This document shows, one piece after another, positions 20,836-30,600 of a stretch of DNA of 64,000 nucleotides (within the stretch, counting starts at the first letter, position 1; every line of letters starts with the position of its first letter). Made by a program: the position numbers and the translations under genes. The notes beneath the pieces are model-generated. The model was not told the DNA's origin. It made no database searches and saw nothing but the letters and a program-made list of their open reading frames with translations. Source of the DNA: Candidatus Calescibacterium sp. (GTDB lineage Bacteria; Calescibacteriota; Calescibacteriia; Calescibacteriales; Calescibacteriaceae); contig JAVVGL010000001.1 of NCBI GenBank assembly GCA_032249135.1, positions 144,283-208,282 of the forward strand. Direction: 5' to 3'.

Positions 20836-23025
20836 TTATTGTTTGAGACTCATAATGCTGTCGGGAAGATGTCTATTTAATTTTGTTCTATCACCCAATT
20901 GTCCCTCTCCATTTGCTCCCCAGCACCACAGAGATCCATCTTGCTTTATCGCACAGGTATGAGAACCACCAGATGATACATCCGATATATCTCTCATAAT
21001 TTCAACTGGGTAAGTTTTATCTTTGTTTGTTCCATCACCAACTTGACCTGTAAGATTTCCTCCCCAACACAAAAGAGTACCATCTCTCTTTACCGCACAA
21101 GTATGTTTATGACCTGTTGAAACTCGCAAAATATCATTTGTAATTAAGATAGGAATATTTTTATTTTTCCTGGTTCCATCTCCTAATTGTCCGTCTCCAT
21201 TTGCTCCCCAGCACCACAGAGATCCATCTTGCTTTACCGCACAAGTGTGTGACCCACCAGCCGATACATCTATTGCCCCATTCATAATTTCAACCGGATA
21301 TGTTTTATCTTCGTAAGTTCCATCTCCAACTTGCCCATATTTATTCCATCCCCAACACCAAAGTGAGAAATCCTTCTTTATTACGCAGGTATGGAAAGCA
21401 CCGGCAGCTACTCGCAAGACATCCGTGGTAATTAAAACAGGGAAATTTTTTCCATCAAAAGTTCCATCACCTAATTGTCCTTCCTCATTTCCTCCCCAAC
21501 ACCAAAGTGAGAAGTCTTTTTTTACCGCGCAGGTATGTCTATAACCTGCTGAAACTTGCAAGACATCTGATGTAATTAGAACAGGAAAGTTTTTATCTTC
21601 AAAAGTTCCGTCTCCAAGTTTCCCTTCCTTATTTTCCCCCCAACACCACAAGGAATTATCCTTTCTTACGGCACATGTGTGAAGAGAACCTGCGGAAACT
21701 TGTATTACATCAGAGGTAATTTTGACAGGATAGTTTTTATTTTCATAAGTTCCATCGCCTAACTGACCATATCTATTTGCTCCCCAACACCAAAGTGAGT
21801 TATCTTGTTTTATCACACAAGTGTGCAATGCACCTGCTGAAACCTGCAATATTGCGGGAAGAATAGCAACTGGCAAATTTCTATCCTCAAAAGTTCCATC
21901 ACCGAGCTGTCCTTCCTTGTTTCCTCCCCAACACCGCAAAGAACCATCGTATCTTATTACGCATGTATGCCTATAACCCGCTGAAACATGCAAAACTCCG
22001 AGAGAAACTATTGTTGGCAAATTTTTGTCTTCAAAAGTCCCGTCTCCCAATTGACCTTCCCAGTTTCCTCCCCAACACCAAAGTGAGGAGTCGCTCTTTA
22101 CTATACAGGTATGCCTATAACCTGCTGCAACTTCAATGACATCGTTTGTGATGAAGACAGGAAAATTTTTATCTTCAAAAGTTCCATCTCCAACTTGTCC
22201 ATATTTATTCCACCCCCAGCACCAAAGGGATTTATCTTTCTTTATCGCACAGGTATGAGATTCTCCTGCTACGACTTTGATGACATCGTTTGTAATGAGG
22301 ACAGGAAAATTTTTATCTTCAAAAGTTCCATCTCCGAGTTGCCCATATTTATTCCAGCCCCAGCACCAAAGTGAGTTATCTTTCTTTATCGCACAGGTGT
22401 GGAAAGCCCCTGCTGCAACTTGCAAAACGCCGGTGGTAATTGTCACTGGTTCGTCTTTGTTTATATATGATCTGTCACCCAGTTGCCCTTCCCAGTTCCC
22501 TCCCCAACACTGAAGTGTTCGGTTTTGTTTCTTTATTGCACAAGTGTGGAAAGAACCAACTGCAACATCTAAAACATTGAAGGTAACAAAAACGGGAAAA
22601 TTTTTGTTTTTTGTGGTTCCATCTCCAATCTGTCCATATTGGTTCCATCCCCAGCACCATAAAGAGGCGTCCTTCATTACAGCACAAGTATGAAAAGCCC
22701 CCGATGAAACCTTGGAAACTTTGGAAAAAATTTTATTGGCTAAATTTTTATTTTTATATGTTCTATCACCTAATTGCCCGAATTCATTCCATCCCCAGCA
22801 CCAGAGAGAACCATCTTTCTTCAGAGCGCATGTATGAAAAGCTCCTGAGCTAATTGAAATTATATCCGATAAAGCTTCCGATATTAGAGCTTTTTCTTTT
22901 TTCATCTCTGATTTGAATAGTGTGAAAGATAAAATACAGAAGATGGGACTCAAAATTTTTATTATGATTTTGCTTTTCCTGTTCTCTGATGCATCAAGTC
23001 TTCTCCTATTTACTCTGAAATTCAT
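20836..23025 (-). CDS. RCC1/BLIP-II repeat protein, 14 repeats of ~48 aa
   Basis: 14 copies of AG..HTCA.K.D.SLWCWG.N..GQLGDGT..P. Confidence 0.9.
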   Translation of the reverse strand: MNFRVNRRRLDASENRKSKIIIKILSPIFCILSFTLFKSEMKKEKALISEALSDIISISSGAFHTCALKKDGSLWCWGWNEFGQLGDRTYKNKNLANKIFSKVSKVSSGAFHTCAVMKDASLWCWGWNQYGQIGDGTTKNKNFPVFVTFNVLDVAVGSFHTCAIKKQNRTLQCWGGNWEGQLGDRSYINKDEPVTITTGVLQVAAGAFHTCAIKKDNSLWCWGWNKYGQLGDGTFEDKNFPVLITNDVIKVVAGESHTCAIKKDKSLWCWGWNKYGQVGDGTFEDKNFPVFITNDVIEVAAGYRHTCIVKSDSSLWCWGGNWEGQLGDGTFEDKNLPTIVSLGVLHVSAGYRHTCVIRYDGSLRCWGGNKEGQLGDGTFEDRNLPVAILPAILQVSAGALHTCVIKQDNSLWCWGANRYGQLGDGTYENKNYPVKITSDVIQVSAGSLHTCAVRKDNSLWCWGENKEGKLGDGTFEDKNFPVLITSDVLQVSAGYRHTCAVKKDFSLWCWGGNEEGQLGDGTFDGKNFPVLITTDVLRVAAGAFHTCVIKKDFSLWCWGWNKYGQVGDGTYEDKTYPVEIMNGAIDVSAGGSHTCAVKQDGSLWCWGANGDGQLGDGTRKNKNIPILITNDILRVSTGHKHTCAVKRDGTLLCWGGNLTGQVGDGTNKDKTYPVEIMRDISDVSSGGSHTCAIKQDGSLWCWGANGEGQLGDRTKLNRHLPDSIMSLKQ

Positions 23026-23255
23026 TATTCAGGATAAATTTTAGCAAATTTGCTCCAATCATTAGACCAAGTCGGAATAACTCAAAAATTTGCAAAATAC
23101 TTATTTACATCTCTCAACATTAAAATAAAATATTTATTAATTCCACGAGGAGATTGAATCAAAGATTAAAAATGCATTTTTATTTGTTTAGTGATTATTT
23201 TTGTTTTTATTTGAATTTTTGCTCCAAAAATTTTATCAAAAGGAGGTAAGCAAAT

Positions 23256-25193
23256 ATGGCGAAGAAAAGACCAATAGGGATTGACTTAGGAACAACAAAT
23301 TCGGTTATAGCTACTATGGAAGGGAGCGATGTCAAAGTTATTCCTTCCGCGGAAGGTCCAACTACTGTTCCATCTGTTGTGGCGTGGACTCGTGAAGGAG
23401 AAGTTATAGTTGGTATTCCCGCAAAACGACAAGCAATAGTAAATGCTGAAAACACAGTATATTCAATAAAAAGATTCATGGGGAGAAGCTATGATGAGGC
23501 ACAAGAAGAAGCTAAAAGAATGCCTTACAAGGTTGTAAGGGGTCCACACAACGATGCCCGAGTTTATATTCCAGCTGTCGGAAAAGAATTTTCTCCGCCG
23601 GAGATCTCGGCTTTCATTTTGAGAAAGCTCGTGAGAGATGCAGAAGCTTATCTTGGAGAAAAGATAACCGATGTCGTCATCACTGTTCCCGCATATTTTA
23701 ACGATGCTCAAAGACAAGCAACAAAAGCAGCAGGTGAAATTGCAGGTTTGAATGTGTTGAGAATAATTAATGAACCAACAGCAGCAGCACTCGCTTACGG
23801 ATTTGAGAAAAAAAAGAAAGCAAGAGTCGCAGTTTATGACCTTGGTGGAGGAACATTTGATATATCTGTTCTTGAAATAGGAGATGAAGTAATAGAAGTA
23901 AAATCAACGGGAGGAGATACTCATCTTGGAGGAGACGATTTTGATCAGGAAATAATAAACTGGCTTATAGAAGAATTCAAAAGAGAGACCGGAATTGACC
24001 TTTCAAAAGATAAGATGGCTCTGCAAAGACTAAAAGAGGCAGCAGAAAATGCGAAAAAAGAACTCTCTTCAAAGCTTGAAACAGAAATAAATTTACCATT
24101 CATCGCTGCTGATGCAACAGGTCCAAAACATCTTGTAAGAAAGCTCACACGCTCGCAATTTGAAAGAATGATAGAAAAGTATATAAACAGAACCCTTGAG
24201 ATTATAGATAGAGTGATAAGAGATGGTGGCTTCAAACCCCGCGACATAGATGAAGTTATACTTGTTGGTGGTTCAACGAGAATTCCAAAAATTCAGGAGG
24301 AGTTGAAGAATTTCTTTGGTAAAGAGCCGATGAGAGGAATAAATCCAGACGAAGTTGTAGCCGTTGGAGCTGCTGTTCAAGCTGGTATAATTTTAGGTGC
24401 AGCAAAAGATATACTCCTACTTGATGTTATCCCCATATCTTTGGGAGTTGAAACTTACGGAGGAGTATTCACAAAAATAATAGAGAAAAATACAACAATT
24501 CCTATAAGGAGGTCTGAAATATTCACAACTGCCGAAGATAATCAAACTGTTGTTGAAATTCATGTGCTACAAGGAGAGAGACCACTTGCAAGAGATAACA
24601 GAAGCCTCGGGAGATTCTACCTTGAAGGAATTCCACCTGCACCTCGTGGAGTTCCAAAAATAGAAGTGACTTTTGATGTAGATGTGAACGGGATTCTTAC
24701 AGTTTACGCAAAAGAGTTATCAACTGGAAAAGAAGCATCAATAAGAATAGAGGGTTCAACAAATCTCACAAAAGAGGAAATTCAAAGGATGATGGAAGAA
24801 GCAAAAAGGTATGAAGAAGAAGACAGAAGGAAGTTGGAATTAGTTCAGGAGAAAAATAAACTTGACTCTCTTGTATATCAACTTGAAAAAACTATAAAAG
24901 AATTCAGAGACAAAATTCCTGCTGATTTGGTTTCTGATGCAGAAAGAATAATCCAGCGTGGAAAAGAAGTTTTCAGAAATTCAAATGATATAAATGAAGT
25001 CAGAGGAATGATGAGAGATGTTGAAAATGTAATGTCTCGCATATCTTCTCATATATATCAACAGAATATTGGTGGAACACAAACAGGAGGAGGATACACT
25101 AGCGGAAGCTATTCAGGCGGAAGTTCATCAGGTGGAAATAGCGGTAGTTCATCATCTTCCGATAATGTTGTTGATACTGATTGGAAAAAATAA
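23256..25193 (+). CDS. dnaK: Chaperone DnaK (Hsp70)
   Basis: [55 protein letters not shown]. Confidence 0.98.
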   Translation: MAKKRPIGIDLGTTNSVIATMEGSDVKVIPSAEGPTTVPSVVAWTREGEVIVGIPAKRQAIVNAENTVYSIKRFMGRSYDEAQEEAKRMPYKVVRGPHNDARVYIPAVGKEFSPPEISAFILRKLVRDAEAYLGEKITDVVITVPAYFNDAQRQATKAAGEIAGLNVLRIINEPTAAALAYGFEKKKKARVAVYDLGGGTFDISVLEIGDEVIEVKSTGGDTHLGGDDFDQEIINWLIEEFKRETGIDLSKDKMALQRLKEAAENAKKELSSKLETEINLPFIAADATGPKHLVRKLTRSQFERMIEKYINRTLEIIDRVIRDGGFKPRDIDEVILVGGSTRIPKIQEELKNFFGKEPMRGINPDEVVAVGAAVQAGIILGAAKDILLLDVIPISLGVETYGGVFTKIIEKNTTIPIRRSEIFTTAEDNQTVVEIHVLQGERPLARDNRSLGRFYLEGIPPAPRGVPKIEVTFDVDVNGILTVYAKELSTGKEASIRIEGSTNLTKEEIQRMMEEAKRYEEEDRRKLELVQEKNKLDSLVYQLEKTIKEFRDKIPADLVSDAERIIQRGKEVFRNSNDINEVRGMMRDVENVMSRISSHIYQQNIGGTQTGGGYTSGSYSGGSSSGGNSGSSSSSDNVVDTDWKK

Positions 25194-25262
25194 AATCTAA
25201 AATTGAAAAATAATTGTTCGTTTGAAATATAATCTTTCTGTAATCATATAAATTTCATTATT

Positions 25263-25928
25263 ATGGCTAAAAAGCAAGCAGAATTAATAAAATTTAGAAT
25301 ATCAGAAGATACAAAAATCAGAAAGAGAGGAAAAAAGACAAGGGAAAAAATTCTCAAAGTTGCTACAAAGCTTTTTGCAAAGTATGGATTTGCTGGGACA
25401 AGTATGGATGAAATAGCTGAGCGCGTTGGTATAAGAAAAGCATCTTTATATCATCATTTTTCAAGCAAACAAGAAATATATGAAGAACTCATAGAGAGAG
25501 TTTTCGCAGAAATAATTAAAATATTTCAAGTTTCTTTTTCATCAGGCGATATATTGAAAGATGCGGAAAATTTCATAAGCAAAATAATGAATTTTATCCT
25601 TCAAAACGAGGACTATGTCAAAATACTTTTGAGGGAACTTTTAGACGAAAATCTTCCTGTAAAGCAGTTTGCATTAGAATATGTTCCGAAAATCCTATCA
25701 TTTGGTTCAGAGATATTAGAGAGAGGCAGAAAAGAAGGGATTTTTAAAGAAAATGTTGATCCTATCCAGCTATCAATAACACTAACAGGAGCTATAATTA
25801 TCTACTTTGTTTTCAGACCGGTTATAGAACCTTTTATAAAGTCTCCTTTTAGCAAAAAAGCAATTGCAGAAAGAGTAAAACACATTTCAGATGTTATATT
25901 ATATGGAATTCTGTCTAATAGAAATTAA
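25263..25928 (+). CDS. TetR/AcrR transcriptional regulator
   Basis: A..LFA..GF.GTSMDEIA..VG...ASLYHHF.SK HTH. Confidence 0.92.
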   Translation: MAKKQAELIKFRISEDTKIRKRGKKTREKILKVATKLFAKYGFAGTSMDEIAERVGIRKASLYHHFSSKQEIYEELIERVFAEIIKIFQVSFSSGDILKDAENFISKIMNFILQNEDYVKILLRELLDENLPVKQFALEYVPKILSFGSEILERGRKEGIFKENVDPIQLSITLTGAIIIYFVFRPVIEPFIKSPFSKKAIAERVKHISDVILYGILSNRN

Positions 25929-25942
25929 GCGGGAAAAAGAAA

Positions 25943-26695
25943 ATGGGGGCAGAAACAGAATTTTTTAGAGAAGATGGGAGAAGATTTGATGAGATAAGAG
26001 AGGTAAAAATTGAATTGAATTACATAAAATGGGCAGAAGGTTCATGCCTTATATCTTTGGGAGATACTCGGGTTATTTGTACCGCCTCCATACTCAACAC
26101 AGTTCCAGCTTTTGCCAAAGAGAAAGGTATAGGATGGATTTTTGCCGAATACTCTATGCTCCCAAGATCAGTTGATGTAAGGACATCACGAACACAAAGC
26201 GGTAGATCCTACGAAATTCAAAGGATAATAGGTAGAGCCCTGAGAGCTGTCTGTGATTTACACTTACTTCAAGAGAGAACAATAGCAATAGATTGCGATG
26301 TTATTCAGGCAGATGGAAGCACTCGCTGCGCATCAATTATAGGAGGATTTATATCTCTTTTCCTCGCTCTTTACAGGCTCTGGAAAGATGGAATTTTTAT
26401 CACATTCCCAATAACACAACTTGTCTCCGCTGTATCCTGTGGTATAGTGAATGGAGTAAAGATGGTAGATCTTACATACAAAGAAGATTCAAATGCTGAG
26501 TGTGATATAACAGTTATATCAACTAACAAAGGTTATTTGGTTGAAGTGCATGGGGGAGTTGAAAACGGAGGACTCATAACAAAAAAAGATTTTGATGAAC
26601 TTGTTGAGATGGGAATTTCAGCAAATATGAAATATATGGAAATAGAGAAAAAAGTTCTTGAACCTTATATCAAAGAATTAAACCTAAATTTTTGA
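25943..26695 (+). CDS. rph: Ribonuclease PH
   Basis: AEGS...G.TRVICTAS, AEYSMLP, GRS.EIQR.IGRALR, DCDVIQADG.TR.ASI. Confidence 0.95.
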   Translation: MGAETEFFREDGRRFDEIREVKIELNYIKWAEGSCLISLGDTRVICTASILNTVPAFAKEKGIGWIFAEYSMLPRSVDVRTSRTQSGRSYEIQRIIGRALRAVCDLHLLQERTIAIDCDVIQADGSTRCASIIGGFISLFLALYRLWKDGIFITFPITQLVSAVSCGIVNGVKMVDLTYKEDSNAECDITVISTNKGYLVEVHGGVENGGLITKKDFDELVEMGISANMKYMEIEKKVLEPYIKELNLNF

Positions 26696-26813
26696 CCTTA
26701 AAAGAAACCCAGTTATCAATCAACCATTAATCAATAATTAACTAAAAAATAATAAATAATTAATCAATCAATTATTTCCTATCAGTCGGTTATTCAGCTT
26801 AATAAAAAATCAG

Positions 26814-27494
26814 TTATTCAACTTTAAAAAACGGGGGAAGAACTTCTGTTTTGTGTTTCACATCTTTTTGGCACATCAGCGCAAAAAAATCTGATTTAGA
26901 TAGAGGTGAATGATGAAAAAACTTTAAGAACACTGGTTTCAATCCTACCTTGTAAAAGTTTGAGAGAACCTCCCCAAGTCTAAAAGATGGATAGACAACA
27001 TATACCCTTCCCTCCTTTTCCAAAATGTTTGAGGATATTTTTGCAAGTGTTTTGAGGTCAAGGTGTATTTCCCATTTTGCTATATCTGACTTTTTTGAAA
27101 TCTTTCCCTCTCCTCTCGGTAAGTAGGGAGGATTAGAGACTACAATATTGAACTTCTGTTTGAAGTTTATTTGTTTTATATCACCGCATATTATATGAGC
27201 TTTCACATTATTATTTTTGTAATTTAAACCTGAAACCAAAGCCATTTTTTTATCTATTTCTACCGATACAAGAAATTTTTCGCCTTTAAGCCACCTTGAA
27301 AGTAAAATCGTTATGATTCCACATCCGCTCCCTATTTCAAGTAATTTCTTCTTCTTATCTTCTATTTTATTTTCTATCTCTGCCGTGAATTTTGCAAGAA
27401 AAATTGAATCATCTGAGAACTTCCATTTATCTTTCAACTGAAATATGCTTACATCAAAAATTTTAGTTTCTTCAAGTTCATATTCTTGGAACAT
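26814..27494 (-). CDS. SAM-dependent methyltransferase (tRNA1(Val) A37 N6-MTase, TrmN6/YfiC-like)
   Basis: FS.DS..LA.F, LEIGSGCG, SNPPY. Confidence 0.8.
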   Translation of the reverse strand: MFQEYELEETKIFDVSIFQLKDKWKFSDDSIFLAKFTAEIENKIEDKKKKLLEIGSGCGIITILLSRWLKGEKFLVSVEIDKKMALVSGLNYKNNNVKAHIICGDIKQINFKQKFNIVVSNPPYLPRGEGKISKKSDIAKWEIHLDLKTLAKISSNILEKEGRVYVVYPSFRLGEVLSNFYKVGLKPVFLKFFHHSPLSKSDFFALMCQKDVKHKTEVLPPFFKVE

Positions 27495-27660
27495 AAGACC
27501 AAAATAATAAAATAAAATAATAACCTAAACATTGTTGTTTAGATGATTTTGAAAAAATCCGGAAAAACTCTGAATTTTCCTAAAACCTCCAAAATCACAA
27601 ATTCTTGACTTCTTTATCAAAAATGATTATTGTTTTTTATATAGAGAAAGAAAAATAAAA

Positions 27661-27667
27661 AAGGAGG
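27661..27667 (+). promoter_or_regulatory. Shine-Dalgarno for ATG 27678
   Basis: AAGGAGG 10 nt before ATG. Confidence 0.8.
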
Positions 27668-27677
27668 AAACCAAAAA

Positions 27678-30600
27678 ATGTCTGCGAATGTAAAGAGAGA
27701 GAGAGAGAGAGGTTGGACGGAAGCTCAATAGAGGATACCTCACTTCCTTCTTCTTCATCTCTCCTTTCTCCCTTTTCTCATTTTTCTCTCTTTTATTTAT
27801 TTTCAGTTGCCAAAAAGAATCAAAAAGCAAATTTTTCATATCAGAAAAAGGTGGAGTTGTTGAAAAAGATGAGTTGAAAATAGTTATTCCAGATGGTGCT
27901 TTGGATGAACCAAAAGAAATTGAAATCAAAAAAGTAAAAATGAAAGGTGCAGTAGGTCCCGCATTCCAAATCTCTCCCGACATCAAATTCAAAATCCCTG
28001 CCGAAATATCTATAAAATATGAAAATAATAGCAATATCAACATCAAAACACAACAAAAAATAAAAGAAGAAGAGTTTTTGAGAATTGCTTTCTATGATAA
28101 TGATAACAAAACTTGGGTACCTTATGAAAGCTATTTTGATGGACAAAGAGTTTTTGCAAAAACAGACCACCTTTCAACATGGGCTATCGTGAGCGATATG
28201 CTCTTCCCTGACCCTTCATCCTCATTCTCATCTTCTTCTTCATATGAACCACCAGCGGGTGAAGTCCCGCCACTCAAAGTAGAAGAGTTCAGTGTGCAAA
28301 ATTTTAGAATGTCATCAAGATTTTCCCAAAAGAGTGAATCAGAACTCAGCTATGAGGAGTTTTCAATTGGGAATTTTGCATCAATTTTGAGGGTAGATGA
28401 AGAAGGGAATGTTTGGTTTGCAGAACATGGATTTTTGAACCAATACGCAACTTATATTGGAAAACTTGATACAAGAACTGGTCAGGTGAAACTCTGGTGG
28501 CTTCCAGCTGGAAATTGGGTATCAGATATAGAGGTAAAAGGCAGATATGTTTGGATAGTTTTGAGGTTAGGTCCTGACCTTGTGAGGTTCAACATGGACA
28601 CAGAGACTTTCAAGTATTTCAGGGTTCCATCATATATAGGAAGTTGGCCATATGAGATAGATTTTGATGGAGATGGGAACATATGGATGACGGTGACAGT
28701 AGGGAGAGCGGTAGCAAAGTTTGATGTGAGACAAGAAAGTTTTGTTTTTTATTTCAGGATACCAGTTGGTTGGTGGACAGCGGGAGTGAAAGTAGATGGT
28801 AACAAAGTATGGGTGACAGAGACATATTCTTGCGTAGGACCGTTCATTTACTATGTGAATGAGGGGAGGTTGAAACAGCTTTACCCATCAGAAAGATTCT
28901 GTCCCGGGACATTTTACATTTTGGAGGGAAAAGCGGTAGGAGGTATGGGAGGAGATAGGTTAGGGATTTTGGATGAGGAAGGAGTATTAGATGTTCATGG
29001 GATAGGATTAGAGTTCAGTGGATGGATGGGAGTAAGAAAGGAAGATAGGAGTGTGTGGGCAGGGGGAAATAACTATGTTTTTTGGTATTCGGTAGGAGAA
29101 AGGATGATAAGAGGTAGGGCAAATTTTGAGAGTGGAGCAGGAGTGATAGCGGTGGAGGTAGATTTTGAGGGGAATGCGTGGGCAATTTTGAGGAATGTAA
29201 AGAAGGTGGTGAAGATAAAGTCAAAACCTGTTGTTTTAGGATGTGATAAGACATGCGGAGGTGGAGATGAGCAAACACCACTTGTTCATATAGGGCATAA
29301 TCTTCATGTAAATTTAGTCTCAGGTAATCTTTATGAGGTTTTCCCTCTATTTGAATTTGATCCCGATTCATTGGGTTTGCAAGTTAGCTTGATTTACAAT
29401 AGTTTAGACGAAAGTTCATCGTCTTTAGGACCAAGGTGGAGAACAAATTGGGATATAAGAATTATTCCCAAAGGGGAAGATTTAATTCTTATTTGGGAGG
29501 ATGGAAAAAGAATAATCTACAAAAAAGTTTCACAAGGTACCTGGATATCGGATGAAAGAACAGCTTTCAAATCTATTCCCAAAATAACTTTTGATGGTTC
29601 TAACTATATTCTCCACCAAAGGGGAGGAACAATAAGAAAATTTGATAACGAAGGTAAAATTATTCTTATTGAAGATAGGAGAGGAAACAGATGGAATTTC
29701 ATATATGAAGGTAATTTGTTAGTTAAGATTGTTGATCCTGTTGGGAGAAACATAGAATTCAAATATTCTGACGGAAAATTAAAGTCAATCAGAGATCCCA
29801 TAGGAAATGAATGGGAATTTAGTTATGATGAAAGCGGTAGACTTGCTGCAATAAAAGACCCTCTTGGTGGTACTACTCATTATATTTACGACAATATGAA
29901 TAGAATAATTGAAAAGAAAGATGCTCTTGGGGTTCCTTTGAGGATAGTTTACGATGAAAAAGGTAGAGTTGCTAAATCAATAGATATGAAAGGACACGAG
30001 CTTTCCATAGCTTATAGTGGCAATACTGTTATCTTAACCAGCAGAAGAGGAATTACCCAAAGAATTGAGGTTGATAGTAATCTTAATGTTATTAAATTGC
30101 AAAGCGATCAATTGGGTAATACATATAGATTTGAGTACGATGAAAGGGGAAATCTTATAAAGCAAATTACTCCATCTGGATTAAAGTTTGAGTATAAGTA
30201 TGATGATGAAGGAAACTTGGTACAAATAAAAGAACCCACAGGTGCAACCAAAAGCTATAAGTATAACCAATTCGGAGATATTGTGGAATATAAAAACGAG
30301 GCAGGTGGTATTTGGAGATATGAATATGATGAAAAAGGAAATCTTATAAAGGAAATAGATCCTGTTGGAAGGGAGAAAAAATTCTTCTACAGCACCTTGG
30401 GAAACTTAACTGCAACAATTGATCAACTCGGAAGAGTGTGGAGATATTCGTACGATGAATATGGTCATCTCAAAGAAGAAATAGATCCACTAGGAAATGT
30501 TAGAAAATACAGCTATGACATACTTGGAAGATTGATTTCACAGAAAAGTCCAAGAGGATATACAGTAACCTACGAGTATGACGCTCTTGGTAGATTGATA

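Noticed and set aside
20836-23025. Regularly spaced DNA repeats resembling a CRISPR array or DGR
   Set aside because: They are coding RCC1 repeats in one ORF; no cas or reverse transcriptase gene in the window
23041-23086. CIRCE- or HAIR-like operator upstream of dnaK (TTAGCA...; ACCAAGT-N7-ACTCAAA)
   Set aside because: Only one half-site resembles each consensus; too weak to call
27627-28170. Minus-strand ORFs of 139 and 109 aa
   Set aside because: Antisense to the RHS 5' region, which has SD, signal and domain support
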